Positions 19,251-28,537 of a DNA stretch of 64,000 nucleotides are shown piece after piece. The first letter of the stretch is position 1. The number at the start of each line of letters is the position of its first letter. The stretch is from Candidatus Latescibacterota bacterium. Lineage in GTDB: Bacteria > Latescibacterota > UBA2968 > SICM01. The stretch lies in contig CBDCJO010000002.1 in the NCBI GenBank assembly GCA_965217865.1, positions 1,312,001 to 1,376,000 on the forward strand, given 5' to 3'. The notes under the pieces were generated by a model. It was not told the DNA's origin and ran no database searches. It saw nothing but the letters and a program-made list of their open reading frames with translations. Both the position numbers and the translations under genes were made by a program.

Positions 19251-20772
19251 CCCCGGACTTCTCGGCGATCTCCCGCCCTTCTTCCGGCCTCATGAGAGGG
19301 AAGAGAATCACGTCACGAATGGAGGGAGAGTCGGTCAATAACATAACCAACCGGTCGATCCCGATCCCAAGTCCCCCGGTGGGTGGCATGCCGTGTTCGA
19401 GGGCCCTGACATAGTCTTCGTCCAGAACCTGCGCTTCTTCGTCTCCGATCGCCCTCAACGCCATCTGAGCTTCGAATCGAGACCGTTGTTCAAACGGGTC
19501 ATTTAATTCCGAAAAAGCGTTTCCTCTCTCCCCCGCGGCGATGAATGGTTCAAACCGTTCTGTGAGTGTCGGGTCGTCGCGATGCCTTTTTGCAAGTGGT
19601 GAGGTCTCAACAGGATAGTCCTTGATGATCGTTGGCTGGACAAGGTGGTCAACCACACAGGCGTCGAAGATCCCATCGATCAATTTCCCCCGGTTCATCC
19701 CAACCTTATCCTCCACCCCAAGTCGCTTGCACGCGGTGCGAAGTTCATCATCCGACGATGCCTTCACATCGATCTTACCATACTCCCATATGGCGTCCAG
19801 CATCGACAACCGCCGCCAGGGAGGCGTCAGGTCGATCTGTTGACCCTGATAAGAGATGATCTTGGTTCCGTTTACCTCTTCGGCTGCTGCGGAGATCATA
19901 TCCTCAGCAATCCCCATCATGTCATGATAATCGGCATTCGCCTGATAAAGCTCCAGGAGCGTGAATTCAGGGTTGTGGGACCGGTCGATCCCCTCATTTC
20001 GAAAAACCTTCGAGAATTCGTAGACCTTCTCAAACCCACCGACGATTAACCTTTTGAGATAGAGCTCATTGGAGATCCGGAGGTAGAGGGGCATTCCAAG
20101 AGCATTATGAAAGGATTTGAACGGTTTCGCGGAGGCCCCACCGTAGATCGGTTGAAGCACAGGGGTGTCGACCTCCAGGAAACCCCTCTCATCCAGGAAA
20201 CGGCGGAGGGAGGAGACGATCCGCGTGCGCTTTCTAAAAATTTCCCTCACTTCCGGGTTCAACTGAAGGTCTAGATATCGATAACGGTACCTTTTCTCCT
20301 TGTCCGAGAACGCATCGAAAACCACCCGCTTACCATTCTCGGTGCGCTCCTTGGGGATCGGCGGAGGACGCAGGGATTTTGTCTGGATTTCCAATTTCTC
20401 AACACCGAGGGTCATCTCCCCCATCCGAGTTCGGAAAACCTTCCCCGAAACCCCCACGATGTCTCCCAGGTCCAAAAGACCCCACAACTCGAACTGCTCG
20501 TCTCCGACAACATCCAGGCGAACCTGGATCTGCAACCGTCCATCCTCGTCCCAAAGATCCCCGAACGCCGCCTTCCCGTGGCCTCGAACAGCCATCAAAC
20601 GGCCTGAGCAGGCCACACCCTCTTTCGATGCCTCCAGTGTCTCGAATTGTTCTTTGACATCTCCTGATCTATGGGTTACTTCAAACCTGTAGGGATACGG
20701 GTTGATATCTTTCTGTCGAATTTTTTCGAGTTTCTGCTTCCTCTGAGCAAAAAGCGGATTTTCGGAAGCCAA
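19231..20772 (-). CDS. lysS: Lysine--tRNA ligase (class II)
   Basis: OB fold, RYRYRYLDL, FRNEGIDRSHNPEF, GMPPTGGLGIGIDRL. Confidence 0.97.
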   Translation of the reverse strand: MASENPLFAQRKQKLEKIRQKDINPYPYRFEVTHRSGDVKEQFETLEASKEGVACSGRLMAVRGHGKAAFGDLWDEDGRLQIQVRLDVVGDEQFELWGLLDLGDIVGVSGKVFRTRMGEMTLGVEKLEIQTKSLRPPPIPKERTENGKRVVFDAFSDKEKRYRYRYLDLQLNPEVREIFRKRTRIVSSLRRFLDERGFLEVDTPVLQPIYGGASAKPFKSFHNALGMPLYLRISNELYLKRLIVGGFEKVYEFSKVFRNEGIDRSHNPEFTLLELYQANADYHDMMGIAEDMISAAAEEVNGTKIISYQGQQIDLTPPWRRLSMLDAIWEYGKIDVKASSDDELRTACKRLGVEDKVGMNRGKLIDGIFDACVVDHLVQPTIIKDYPVETSPLAKRHRDDPTLTERFEPFIAAGERGNAFSELNDPFEQRSRFEAQMALRAIGDEEAQVLDEDYVRALEHGMPPTGGLGIGIDRLVMLLTDSPSIRDVILFPLMRPEEGREIAEKSGDDRSDA

Positions 20773-20893
20773 CAGGGTCTCCTGATAACCAAGGTATTCG
20801 GGATTGATACGTGGGGAAAGATTCGGCGAGGTGTCAATTATGAAGATCGCTTGAAAAGACTGATCATCAAAATTGACAAGCGGTTGCGAAAAA

Positions 20894-20922
20894 AATATAC
20901 AACATCCCTATGAATCTGTCAA
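20894..20922 (-). promoter_or_regulatory. Putative sigma70 promoter of the lysS...skp operon
   Basis: Minus strand TTGACA-17 nt-TATATT. Confidence 0.6.
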
Positions 20923-21087
20923 GATTTACATATTTTGGATTTCCGCCACCGGGATCCCCTTTTTAAAGGGTTGACAGACCACTACCTGCGGCTTAATATT
21001 GCGACTTTGATCTACATGATGTGTGAAGTGATTGTTCGGTTCTGTGGTTTTCCTGAGTTGGCATTGGGGTGTTTGAGGACCCCGATC

Positions 21088-21408
21088 ATGTTCGAAAAAC
21101 CAATCCGAGAAAGAATCTACCAGACGGTCTCTTTAATTCCCGAGGGGACCGTGGCCACATACGGCCAGATCGCCGTCATTGCGGGCGGAGGCTTTGGTCC
21201 CAGACAGGTCGGGAGGGCCCTTGCGGAGATGCCCCGGAAAGTGAGTTGTCCGTGGCACCGGGTGATCAATGCACGGGGGGAGATCCCCCGCCGTAAAGGC
21301 TCAAAAACAGCTCATCTGCGTCAGCAGAGACGCCTGGAGAGGGAAGGGATTATCTTTAAAAGCGGTCGAGTGGATCTTCAAATCTACAGGTGGTACCCCC
21401 AAGTATAG
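21088..21408 (+). CDS. Alkyltransferase-like protein (ATL, MGMT family)
   Basis: IPEGTVATYGQIA, RQVG, PWHRV (Trp in place of the catalytic Cys). Confidence 0.88.
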   Translation: MFEKPIRERIYQTVSLIPEGTVATYGQIAVIAGGGFGPRQVGRALAEMPRKVSCPWHRVINARGEIPRRKGSKTAHLRQQRRLEREGIIFKSGRVDLQIYRWYPQV

Positions 21409-21491
21409 GAAAAAAACCGGTTCAAGACAATAAAGGTGCATCCGAAGCGATAACCCAATTTTTTCCAAAGTCTTATCGAAAGGCAAAAACT

Positions 21492-22634
21492 ATGAAGATC
21501 ACAGCCTTAAACACTTTCATAGCAAAATACAGAGGCCGACCGGGAGCCCTCGTCAAGGTGGAGACCGACGAAGGCCTTTACGGATGGGGAGAGGCCTACG
21601 GCAGCGGACCAGAGCTCTCGGTCAAACCCATCGTCGACTACATTTTCGAGATGATCAAGGGAGAGGACCCCCGGCGCATCGAGTACATCATGATGAAGCT
21701 GCACCAGCAATTCCGCTTTCCCCAGGGCGGACCCAGCCTGGCGGCCATCTCAGCGATCGATCATGCGCTATGGGATATCAGCGGAAAGGCGGCGGATCTC
21801 CCCGTCTATATGCTCCTCGGTGGGGCAGCCCGGGACCGGGTCCTCGTCTATCATGGTGTTGGAGGCGGGGACGGGGTGGAAATCGCGGAAAAAACCCGGC
21901 AGTTGAACGAGGAGTGGGGATTTACCGTCTTTAAAACCAGCCCTTACCGGCTGGAGCCCGACAACAATCGGTGGGGCCGAGTCTGCGCTGCTGCCGCCGC
22001 CTACTTCGAGGAGATCCGAAAGCACACGCCGGAAGACTGGGAGTTCGCCTTCGATCCGCACGCCAAGATCTTCGAGCCCATCCGGGGCCTGCAATTGGCG
22101 AATGCCCTCGCGCCATACGATCCATACTTCTACGAGGAGCCCATGCGGCCCGAGCACATCCCGGCCTGGTCGCGCCTCCGCTCCCAGATGAAGGTCCCTC
22201 TGGCCACGGGCGAGGACCTCTACACCCGGTTCCAGTTCCTCGACCTGATGGCAGCTCAGGGCGCGGACATCATCCAGCCCGACATCTGCATCTGCGGCGG
22301 CCTGCTCGAAATGCGCAAGATCGCTGCCATCGCCGAGGCGCATTACGTCAGCGTTGCGCCCCATAACCCGATGGGCCCAGTGGCCACGGCCGTCAATCTT
22401 CACTTCGCCGCGGCCACGTCCAACTTCAAGGTCCTGGAGTACGTCCTGCCGGAGCCCGGTCAATGGGAGGGCTGGCTGGATGATCCCTACCTGCCCAAGG
22501 ACGGGTATCTTGAGCTCCGGGACCGCCCAGGGCTCGGGGTGGATGTGAACGAAGAGGCCTTGAGCGAAGAAAACTATTTCCACTGGCAGCGCACCTGCCC
22601 GGTCCGACCGGACGGTTCGACGGGTTATATTTGA
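21492..22634 (+). CDS. Mandelate racemase/galactonate dehydratase-like enolase-superfamily enzyme
   Basis: VETDEGLYGWGE, ALWDI.GK, DPH, EEP, TGE, QPD, PHNP. Confidence 0.9.
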   Translation: MKITALNTFIAKYRGRPGALVKVETDEGLYGWGEAYGSGPELSVKPIVDYIFEMIKGEDPRRIEYIMMKLHQQFRFPQGGPSLAAISAIDHALWDISGKAADLPVYMLLGGAARDRVLVYHGVGGGDGVEIAEKTRQLNEEWGFTVFKTSPYRLEPDNNRWGRVCAAAAAYFEEIRKHTPEDWEFAFDPHAKIFEPIRGLQLANALAPYDPYFYEEPMRPEHIPAWSRLRSQMKVPLATGEDLYTRFQFLDLMAAQGADIIQPDICICGGLLEMRKIAAIAEAHYVSVAPHNPMGPVATAVNLHFAAATSNFKVLEYVLPEPGQWEGWLDDPYLPKDGYLELRDRPGLGVDVNEEALSEENYFHWQRTCPVRPDGSTGYI

Positions 22635-22719
22635 GTGCGCAGGCTGCGTCCCAGCAGTCTTCACTTTTCAATTTTACTTTCCGATATCTTTCCCATCCCC
22701 CATCCCTCATCTTCATCCT

Positions 22720-23667
22720 TTATTTCAGGAAAGATTCGACCACTTTTCTCGCCGGCAGCGCCGTCATCCCCCCTTGTCTTGTGGCTGTGATCCCTCCTGC
22801 CGCATTGGCCAAACGAACTAGCCCGCGCAGAGTCGGTTCCTCCATATCTTCCGGGAGAAGGCTTGATTCCAGTATTCCAAGAATCAATCCCGCGAAAAAG
22901 GCGTCCCCGCAGCCCGTCGAGTCGACCTCCTCCACGCTGAACGCCGGTACATATCCTTCCGCCCTACCGTTACTGAAATACGCCCCTTCGGCCCCAAGGG
23001 TGACCAGGCAAAGCCTTGGCCCCTGATCCAGAATCCACTGACTCCCGGCCTTCAGGTCACGCGTTCCGGCCAACAATTCGAGCTCGACCTCATTCAGTTT
23101 ACAAACGGTTGCTCCCCGAACGCCTTCTAGAATTCCCTCCCGGGCGGCTTCAAGGCCGGGCCAGAGGCTCGGTCGCAGGTTGGCATCATAAGCCACAACA
23201 GAATGGGCCTGGTTTGCCCAGTTTGACCCCTGAAGGGCGGCTTCTTTTCCCTCGCCGGTCAACGTAACCGAGCCATACAGAAATACCTCGGCTGAGGCGA
23301 TATAGGATCTGTCAAGATCCTCGAACCTGAGTTTTGAATCCGCGGTGCGATAGATGGTGAACTCCTGTTCGCCCGTCGTCGGCGAGGCCACCAGGGCCAT
23401 CGTCGTGGGACTGCCCGTAACCTGACGAAAATGTGTGGTATCCACACCCTCGTTTTTTAAGAGTTCGACCAACATCAGACCGAAAGGATCATCTCCAACC
23501 CTTCCGATAAAACCCACATCAACACCGAGCCTTGAGAGCGCCACTGCGACATTTGCCGGAGCCCCTCCCGGGGCAGGGATAAACCGAAGAGCCTCCTTCA
23601 AAGAGACCCCGGCTGGCTCGGCGAACATATCTATGATCGCCTCGCCCAGACAAACCACTTTGGGCAT
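22720..23667 (-). CDS. PfkB family carbohydrate kinase (fructokinase-like)
   Basis: GGAPANVA, VGDDPFG, DANLRP, VDSTGCGDAF. Confidence 0.92.
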   Translation of the reverse strand: MPKVVCLGEAIIDMFAEPAGVSLKEALRFIPAPGGAPANVAVALSRLGVDVGFIGRVGDDPFGLMLVELLKNEGVDTTHFRQVTGSPTTMALVASPTTGEQEFTIYRTADSKLRFEDLDRSYIASAEVFLYGSVTLTGEGKEAALQGSNWANQAHSVVAYDANLRPSLWPGLEAAREGILEGVRGATVCKLNEVELELLAGTRDLKAGSQWILDQGPRLCLVTLGAEGAYFSNGRAEGYVPAFSVEEVDSTGCGDAFFAGLILGILESSLLPEDMEEPTLRGLVRLANAAGGITATRQGGMTALPARKVVESFLK

Positions 23668-23806
23668 AAAGCTTTCCTTCCGTCAAGAACAAGCAACAAA
23701 TGCTGAAAAATATTGCGACGGTTCGGACTTAAACAAAGAGCCATCTCAGGAGAAAGTGTATATAACTATATGATTAACAATGTGCTATGCACATTACACA
23801 TAATTA

Positions 23807-23822
23807 TGGCATAAATGTTGCA
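23807..23822 (+). promoter_or_regulatory. Putative sigma54 (-24/-12) promoter
   Basis: TGGCA-TAAATG-TTGCA with consensus spacing; AT-rich upstream DNA with IHF-like TAACTATATGATT and the inverted repeat AATGTGC-tat-GCACATT. Confidence 0.7.
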
Positions 23823-23896
23823 TAATAATTTTGTCAAAGACAACCCGGTATGTTACGCCTTTGAACGTTTTTCCACTACATGACTGGAGTCATACG

Positions 23897-24076
23897 ATGA
23901 AATCCCAAACGAAAACCCTCGTGCTTCCGGATAATCGGGGCAACCTGTTCGTCAACCTGATCACAGCCCTGGCCTTTCTGACGATCGGTTACGGTATCTT
24001 TAAGATGGAATTCGACCTCTACGTCCCGACTGAAAGCCAGGGAGCTGAAACCATTACGGCAGGCATCAGGGGCTAA
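23897..24076 (+). CDS. 59-aa single-TM protein with a prepilin-like leader
   Basis: GGAG RBS; MKSQTKTLVLPDNRG|NLFVNLITALAFLTIGYGIF; has its own promoter and terminator. Confidence 0.65.
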   Translation: MKSQTKTLVLPDNRGNLFVNLITALAFLTIGYGIFKMEFDLYVPTESQGAETITAGIRG

Positions 24077-24096
24077 CCCGGTCGTCGACACAAACC

Positions 24097-24130
24097 AGGG
24101 GTGTATCGCAAGTCGATACACCCCTTTTTT
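24097..24130 (+). terminator. Rho-independent terminator
   Basis: AGGGGTGTATCG-caagt-CGATACACCCCT-TTTTT. Confidence 0.88.
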
Positions 24131-24268
24131 ATGGCCTAAAAGAAATCCCTCCAATCCCCTGTCATCACCTCCCTTTCAATGGCTCCAAACATCGATTATA
24201 ATATTCTTTCAATCCGGTTTCTTTGATTGCGCCATCTCAATATAATATTTAAATTGGAAATTCCCCTT

Positions 24269-25168
24269 TCAATTTAAATATCCGAACGCTTTCAAGTCTC
24301 CGTCCTTCTTCCGCCAATTTTCCCGGACCTTTACCCACAGATCGAGATAGACCGGGCGGTCGAGGAATTTTTGTATACGGCGCCGGGCTTCGGTACCGAT
24401 GCTTTTGAGCATCTTCCCGTTTGCCCCAATGACAATCCCCTTCTGTGAACCCTTCTCCACACAGACATTGGCACGCACGTAAGTCTTGGCCTCACGCTCC
24501 TTGAATTCCTCCACAGTGATCGCAGTCGCGTAAGGAACCTCATCTCTAAGAATGTCGAAAACCACCTCCCGGATCAATTCGGACACAAAAAACCGTTCGG
24601 GCTGATCCGTCAGAACCTCGTCCGGATACAGTCTAGGGCCGAAAGGAAGGCCTTCTTCGATTTGGTTTAACAGATCTTCGACACCTTGACCCGTCAGCCC
24701 TGAGATCGGCAGGACCTGATCGTGGCCAACCGCTTCCCGGACACGAGAGATTCCGGTTTCGATACGAACTGCCGAACTCAGGTCGATCTTGTTCAAGGAG
24801 ATGATAACCCGCCCCTTCGCCCCATTCAGTGTACTCTTGAAATCATCGTCCAAGTCCGAATCCAGGGTTTGAACGTCCAGTAGGCCCAAGACGACATCAG
24901 CCTCCCTGAGTCGGCGGGTCACGTGCGTTCGCATGATCTCCTGGAGGCGATACCGCGGGTCCAGAAGCCCCGGGGTATCCCAGAAAACGACCTGCGCGTT
25001 CGGCCGGTTGACGATGCCCAGAAGGGGAATGCGTGTGGTCTGCGGTTTGGGTGTAATGATGGCCAGACGTTCGCCGACAAGGGTGTTGAAAAGGGTCGAC
25101 TTTCCGGCGTTGGGCTTTCCGACAATGGCAACGCCCCCGGAGCGGAAACATTTCTCATTGGACGACAT
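24269..25168 (-). CDS. era: GTPase Era
   Basis: GKPNAGKST, PQTTR, DTPG, NKID, KH domain SQKGIVIG. Confidence 0.96.
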   Translation of the reverse strand: MSSNEKCFRSGGVAIVGKPNAGKSTLFNTLVGERLAIITPKPQTTRIPLLGIVNRPNAQVVFWDTPGLLDPRYRLQEIMRTHVTRRLREADVVLGLLDVQTLDSDLDDDFKSTLNGAKGRVIISLNKIDLSSAVRIETGISRVREAVGHDQVLPISGLTGQGVEDLLNQIEEGLPFGPRLYPDEVLTDQPERFFVSELIREVVFDILRDEVPYATAITVEEFKEREAKTYVRANVCVEKGSQKGIVIGANGKMLKSIGTEARRRIQKFLDRPVYLDLWVKVRENWRKKDGDLKAFGYLN

Positions 25169-25172
25169 ATCT

Positions 25173-26204
25173 TCAGAACTGCGCCGTTGCCGAAACTCTG
25201 TAGCTGTTGTTAAGGTCCCCGTGAGATAAAAATGCGAGGTCCACCCCGAAACGTCTGTAGAACCGCACACCGCCTCCGGCCGTGAAACGGCGCTCCTGGG
25301 CCCCGAGACGGAGGGAGACCAGCTCCCGATATGAGTACTCGATGCCGAAGTTGAACCTCCGCCCATCCTCGATACTCACCGCATCGCGGCCAATGCTGGC
25401 GCTGAAACTACCCATGATGCGACCCTTGACGAAGGTTGGATGATAGGTATAGGCCGCACCGATCAGTGCGGTGGGATTAATCTTATCCGTTGCTGCGCTT
25501 GAATAAGTGATTCGACTCTCCGTGAGATCTCGAACGACAAGCCCGACCGTCAGACCTGGGGTGACCTCCCCGAGGAAACCCAGGTCGAGGCCGTAACCGA
25601 AACCCGTGCCCGAACCGGTTTTGCGGCGGATTAATTTTACGCTGCCACCAATTGCGAATAGTTTCCGGATCGGATGGGCGTAAGATAAATGGACGGCATA
25701 ATCAGCCGAGCTCACATCTCCCACCCGAACCGGTCGATTGTCCGAACCAATGGGCCGGTTTGGATCCTCCAGGACGGTTATCGGGATGTTGTCGACCCCT
25801 ACCCGAAGAAGACTGAACCCGACGCTGCCAACATCCTGAACCGTTGTGCCGAAATTGACCTGATCGTGTGCGACCAGACCTCCAAACAGTTCTGCGTGTT
25901 GGGCGTGGACCTCACGGCCGCGGATTCGAGTTAATCCCGCTGGATTCCAGGTGCCTGCGGTTGCATCGTCGCTCACCGCGACGAAAGCGCCTCCCATTCC
26001 CAACGCCCTCGCCCCGGAACCCAGGTGGAGAAATTCCCCCGCGAACTTGGCACGCGCGTACGCTGCATCAGTGCCGGTAAAACATAATGCCAGGATCAAA
26101 AGATGTGGGATGAACCTTCGAATCCTGCCTTCATCCCTTTCTCCGATTCCCACCCCTTTCCAATTATCCCGAGGAGCCCTGTTAAGGGCGGTTCGAGGTA
26201 TCAT
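25173..26204 (-). CDS. PorV/PorQ-like (UPF0164/FadL-type) outer-membrane beta-barrel
   Basis: FLHLGSGARALGMGGAFVAVSDDATAGTWNPAGL, C-terminal Phe; start position uncertain. Confidence 0.82.
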   Translation of the reverse strand: MIPRTALNRAPRDNWKGVGIGERDEGRIRRFIPHLLILALCFTGTDAAYARAKFAGEFLHLGSGARALGMGGAFVAVSDDATAGTWNPAGLTRIRGREVHAQHAELFGGLVAHDQVNFGTTVQDVGSVGFSLLRVGVDNIPITVLEDPNRPIGSDNRPVRVGDVSSADYAVHLSYAHPIRKLFAIGGSVKLIRRKTGSGTGFGYGLDLGFLGEVTPGLTVGLVVRDLTESRITYSSAATDKINPTALIGAAYTYHPTFVKGRIMGSFSASIGRDAVSIEDGRRFNFGIEYSYRELVSLRLGAQERRFTAGGGVRFYRRFGVDLAFLSHGDLNNSYRVSATAQF

Positions 26205-26348
26205 CCTTCATCCTTGGTTCTTCTAACCTCCCGCCCAGAGAGACCAAATCCACTGTCAATCATTTGAGCGCTGAACTTTTACAACAACTTAACAACCCCC
26301 CCAAGATTTGTCAAGGTGTACGAGATCCAAGAGTGTTAAGGAGGCAGC

Positions 26349-27326
26349 ATGTATTCCAGGATCGCTGATGAGACACTGAAATCGGGCGAGCTGATGGAGG
26401 TTGGGGTGGTCTTGGGTCCCGACAATAACCACTCGGAAAAAATCAAACCCTTCCTCTCACACAAGCCGGGAGTCTGGGGGTGGCACATCGAAAAATCCCT
26501 CAAAGAAGGTCTGGACGGACTCGAAACCAGGTATTATATCGGAATGTTGGACGGCGCCATCATCAGCAGCATAATGACCGTTGAAAGCCATCAAACCGGG
26601 ATCCTCGCTCACGTCTTCACCAATCCGGACCAGAGACGGAAAGGGGCATGTGACCACCTCATGCGACACCTGATGGCAGACTTTCGCACACGCGGGGGAG
26701 GTCAGCTCGTCCTCGGAACAGGTTTCGATTCGCCGCCGTACTGGATATACCACAAATATGGATTCCGATGCCTCTACCCGGGGACGGGTGACATGCGATA
26801 CGCGACCGAGACGGATTTCGACCTCCGGCACTTCACGTGTGAAACCTCCAGGGTCATTGAGCTCGGCTGGAAGGACTGGCCTCGCTTGAACGCCCTCTGC
26901 GCAGCCCCCGGTCAGGATATCGTTCGGGGGGTTTCCTGGGGAATCATCGGGCAGATCAACTTCGAGGGGGGGTTCCTGGACATGAAGCGGGCATTGGAAA
27001 CCGATGAGGGGACCCAGGCGCGATTGCTGGAGTCTGAAAACGGATCTGTTGTGGGCTTCGCCTCTGTGTCTCCCGACCGACGCTGGGGAGGCGATACTTT
27101 CATCCTCGACTGCTTCTCACACAGCAACTACAACGGAGAACTGGGTCGGCTGCTGGAGGCGTTTCAGCTGCCCTCGGGAAAAATTCAGGCCTATGCCGAT
27201 GCGGATGGAAAGGACAAGATCCAGACCCTTCAAGAAGCGGGGTTCGAGCTGGAGGCTACGCTGGAGAGACAGATGATGTGGCGGGGGGAACGTCTGGACG
27301 TGCTGCTGATGAGCAGGTTCGGTTGA
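26349..27326 (+). CDS. Tandem GNAT N-acetyltransferase
   Basis: HVFTNPDQRRKGAC acetyl-CoA motif, IYHKYGF; second GNAT-like half (AGFELEA). Confidence 0.8.
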   Translation: MYSRIADETLKSGELMEVGVVLGPDNNHSEKIKPFLSHKPGVWGWHIEKSLKEGLDGLETRYYIGMLDGAIISSIMTVESHQTGILAHVFTNPDQRRKGACDHLMRHLMADFRTRGGGQLVLGTGFDSPPYWIYHKYGFRCLYPGTGDMRYATETDFDLRHFTCETSRVIELGWKDWPRLNALCAAPGQDIVRGVSWGIIGQINFEGGFLDMKRALETDEGTQARLLESENGSVVGFASVSPDRRWGGDTFILDCFSHSNYNGELGRLLEAFQLPSGKIQAYADADGKDKIQTLQEAGFELEATLERQMMWRGERLDVLLMSRFG

Positions 27327-28537
27327 GGCCGGAAGGAAACACTGTCAGCCATCGGTCGACCGGGGTAGTTCATACGTCAAACCCTTTTCCGGGGCCAGGA
27401 CATCGATCCACGGATACTTTTCCCGAATCGCGCAGGTCATCCACCGGATCGATTCCGGTTCTCCGTGGACAAGAACAACACGTGACGGCGTTAACTCCTC
27501 GACCAACCGGAGAAGTTGCAGGCGATCCGCGTGGGCGGAAAAATGGAACCGCTCCACCTCGCACGCGACATCGATAAGCGCCTCGTCAAAACCAAAGGGG
27601 ACCCTGTCTCCAGGCTGCGAAGTCAGGATGCAATGTCCGGGGGCATCGGGATCCACGTACCCCACGAAGAAGATGGCATGCCTGGCGTCTGGAAGCATTT
27701 CGCAGGCGATCCGATGTGAAAGGGTGCCGCGCTCCATCATCCCCGATGAGACGACGATCACGCTCGGCCTTTTCAGGTGAACCCCCTCCGTCGGATCCCC
27801 TCTGGGAAGCTGTCGGATATCGAGCCGATCAATCACGAGACTTGGATCGCGACGCCTTGAACAACCCGCTGTTCGATCGTAAACCCGGGACACCGAGCAA
27901 CCAAGACCCGCCGTGAAGATCTCCACCTCGGGAATCCGTCCCTGGGACCGAAGCCGGTCTAGGGTGACCAGTATCTCCTGCGTCCGGCCCAGGGCGAACG
28001 CAGGGATGAGGACGCTCCCCCCCCCCGGACTATGACCTGGGTGATCCCCCTAGCCAGTCTTCGGACTTCATCATGCCTCCGCACCCCGACCGTCTCCGGG
28101 TTCGCAGCCAGGGTGGATTCAAGGATTAGCGTGTCGATGGGCCCATCGGGATAGACCGCACCTTTGAGGACCTCCTGATCCGACCGGGAGGTGTCCCCGG
28201 TGTAGAATACGGATTCGGAATCCCCGCTCAAAAGGATCCCGGCTGCACCCAGAATATGACCCGCATCGAAGAAACGGACCCTGATGTCAGAGGCGTTTGG
28301 CACCTGGGATTGGATCTGAAACTCCCGATCGCAGCTCATCCCGTGGAAACAATACGAGACCATCTCCACATCTTCGTGGGTGTATAACGGATATTCCCGA
28401 ACACCCAACTCCGAGTGCTGTCGCTCCATCACCCGCACCGTGCTGTGGAGCATCTCGGGAGCAAGCTCGTGCGAGGGTCGGGTCATATAAACCAGCGCGT
28501 GTGGATTCCTTCGGAGGGCGACGGGAAGGGCCCCTAC

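Noticed and set aside
20935-21087. N-terminal extensions in the ORF track (ATL, dehydratase 21390, era 25366, ROK 7491, acyltransferase 61262)
   Set aside because: Downstream starts match family N-termini and RBS positions; the extensions overlap promoters or neighbouring genes.
21768-22664. Long antisense ORFs (e.g. 21768-22664, 37814-38638, 46533-47297, 58706-59647)
   Set aside because: They lie over well-supported genes and are expected in GC-rich coding DNA.
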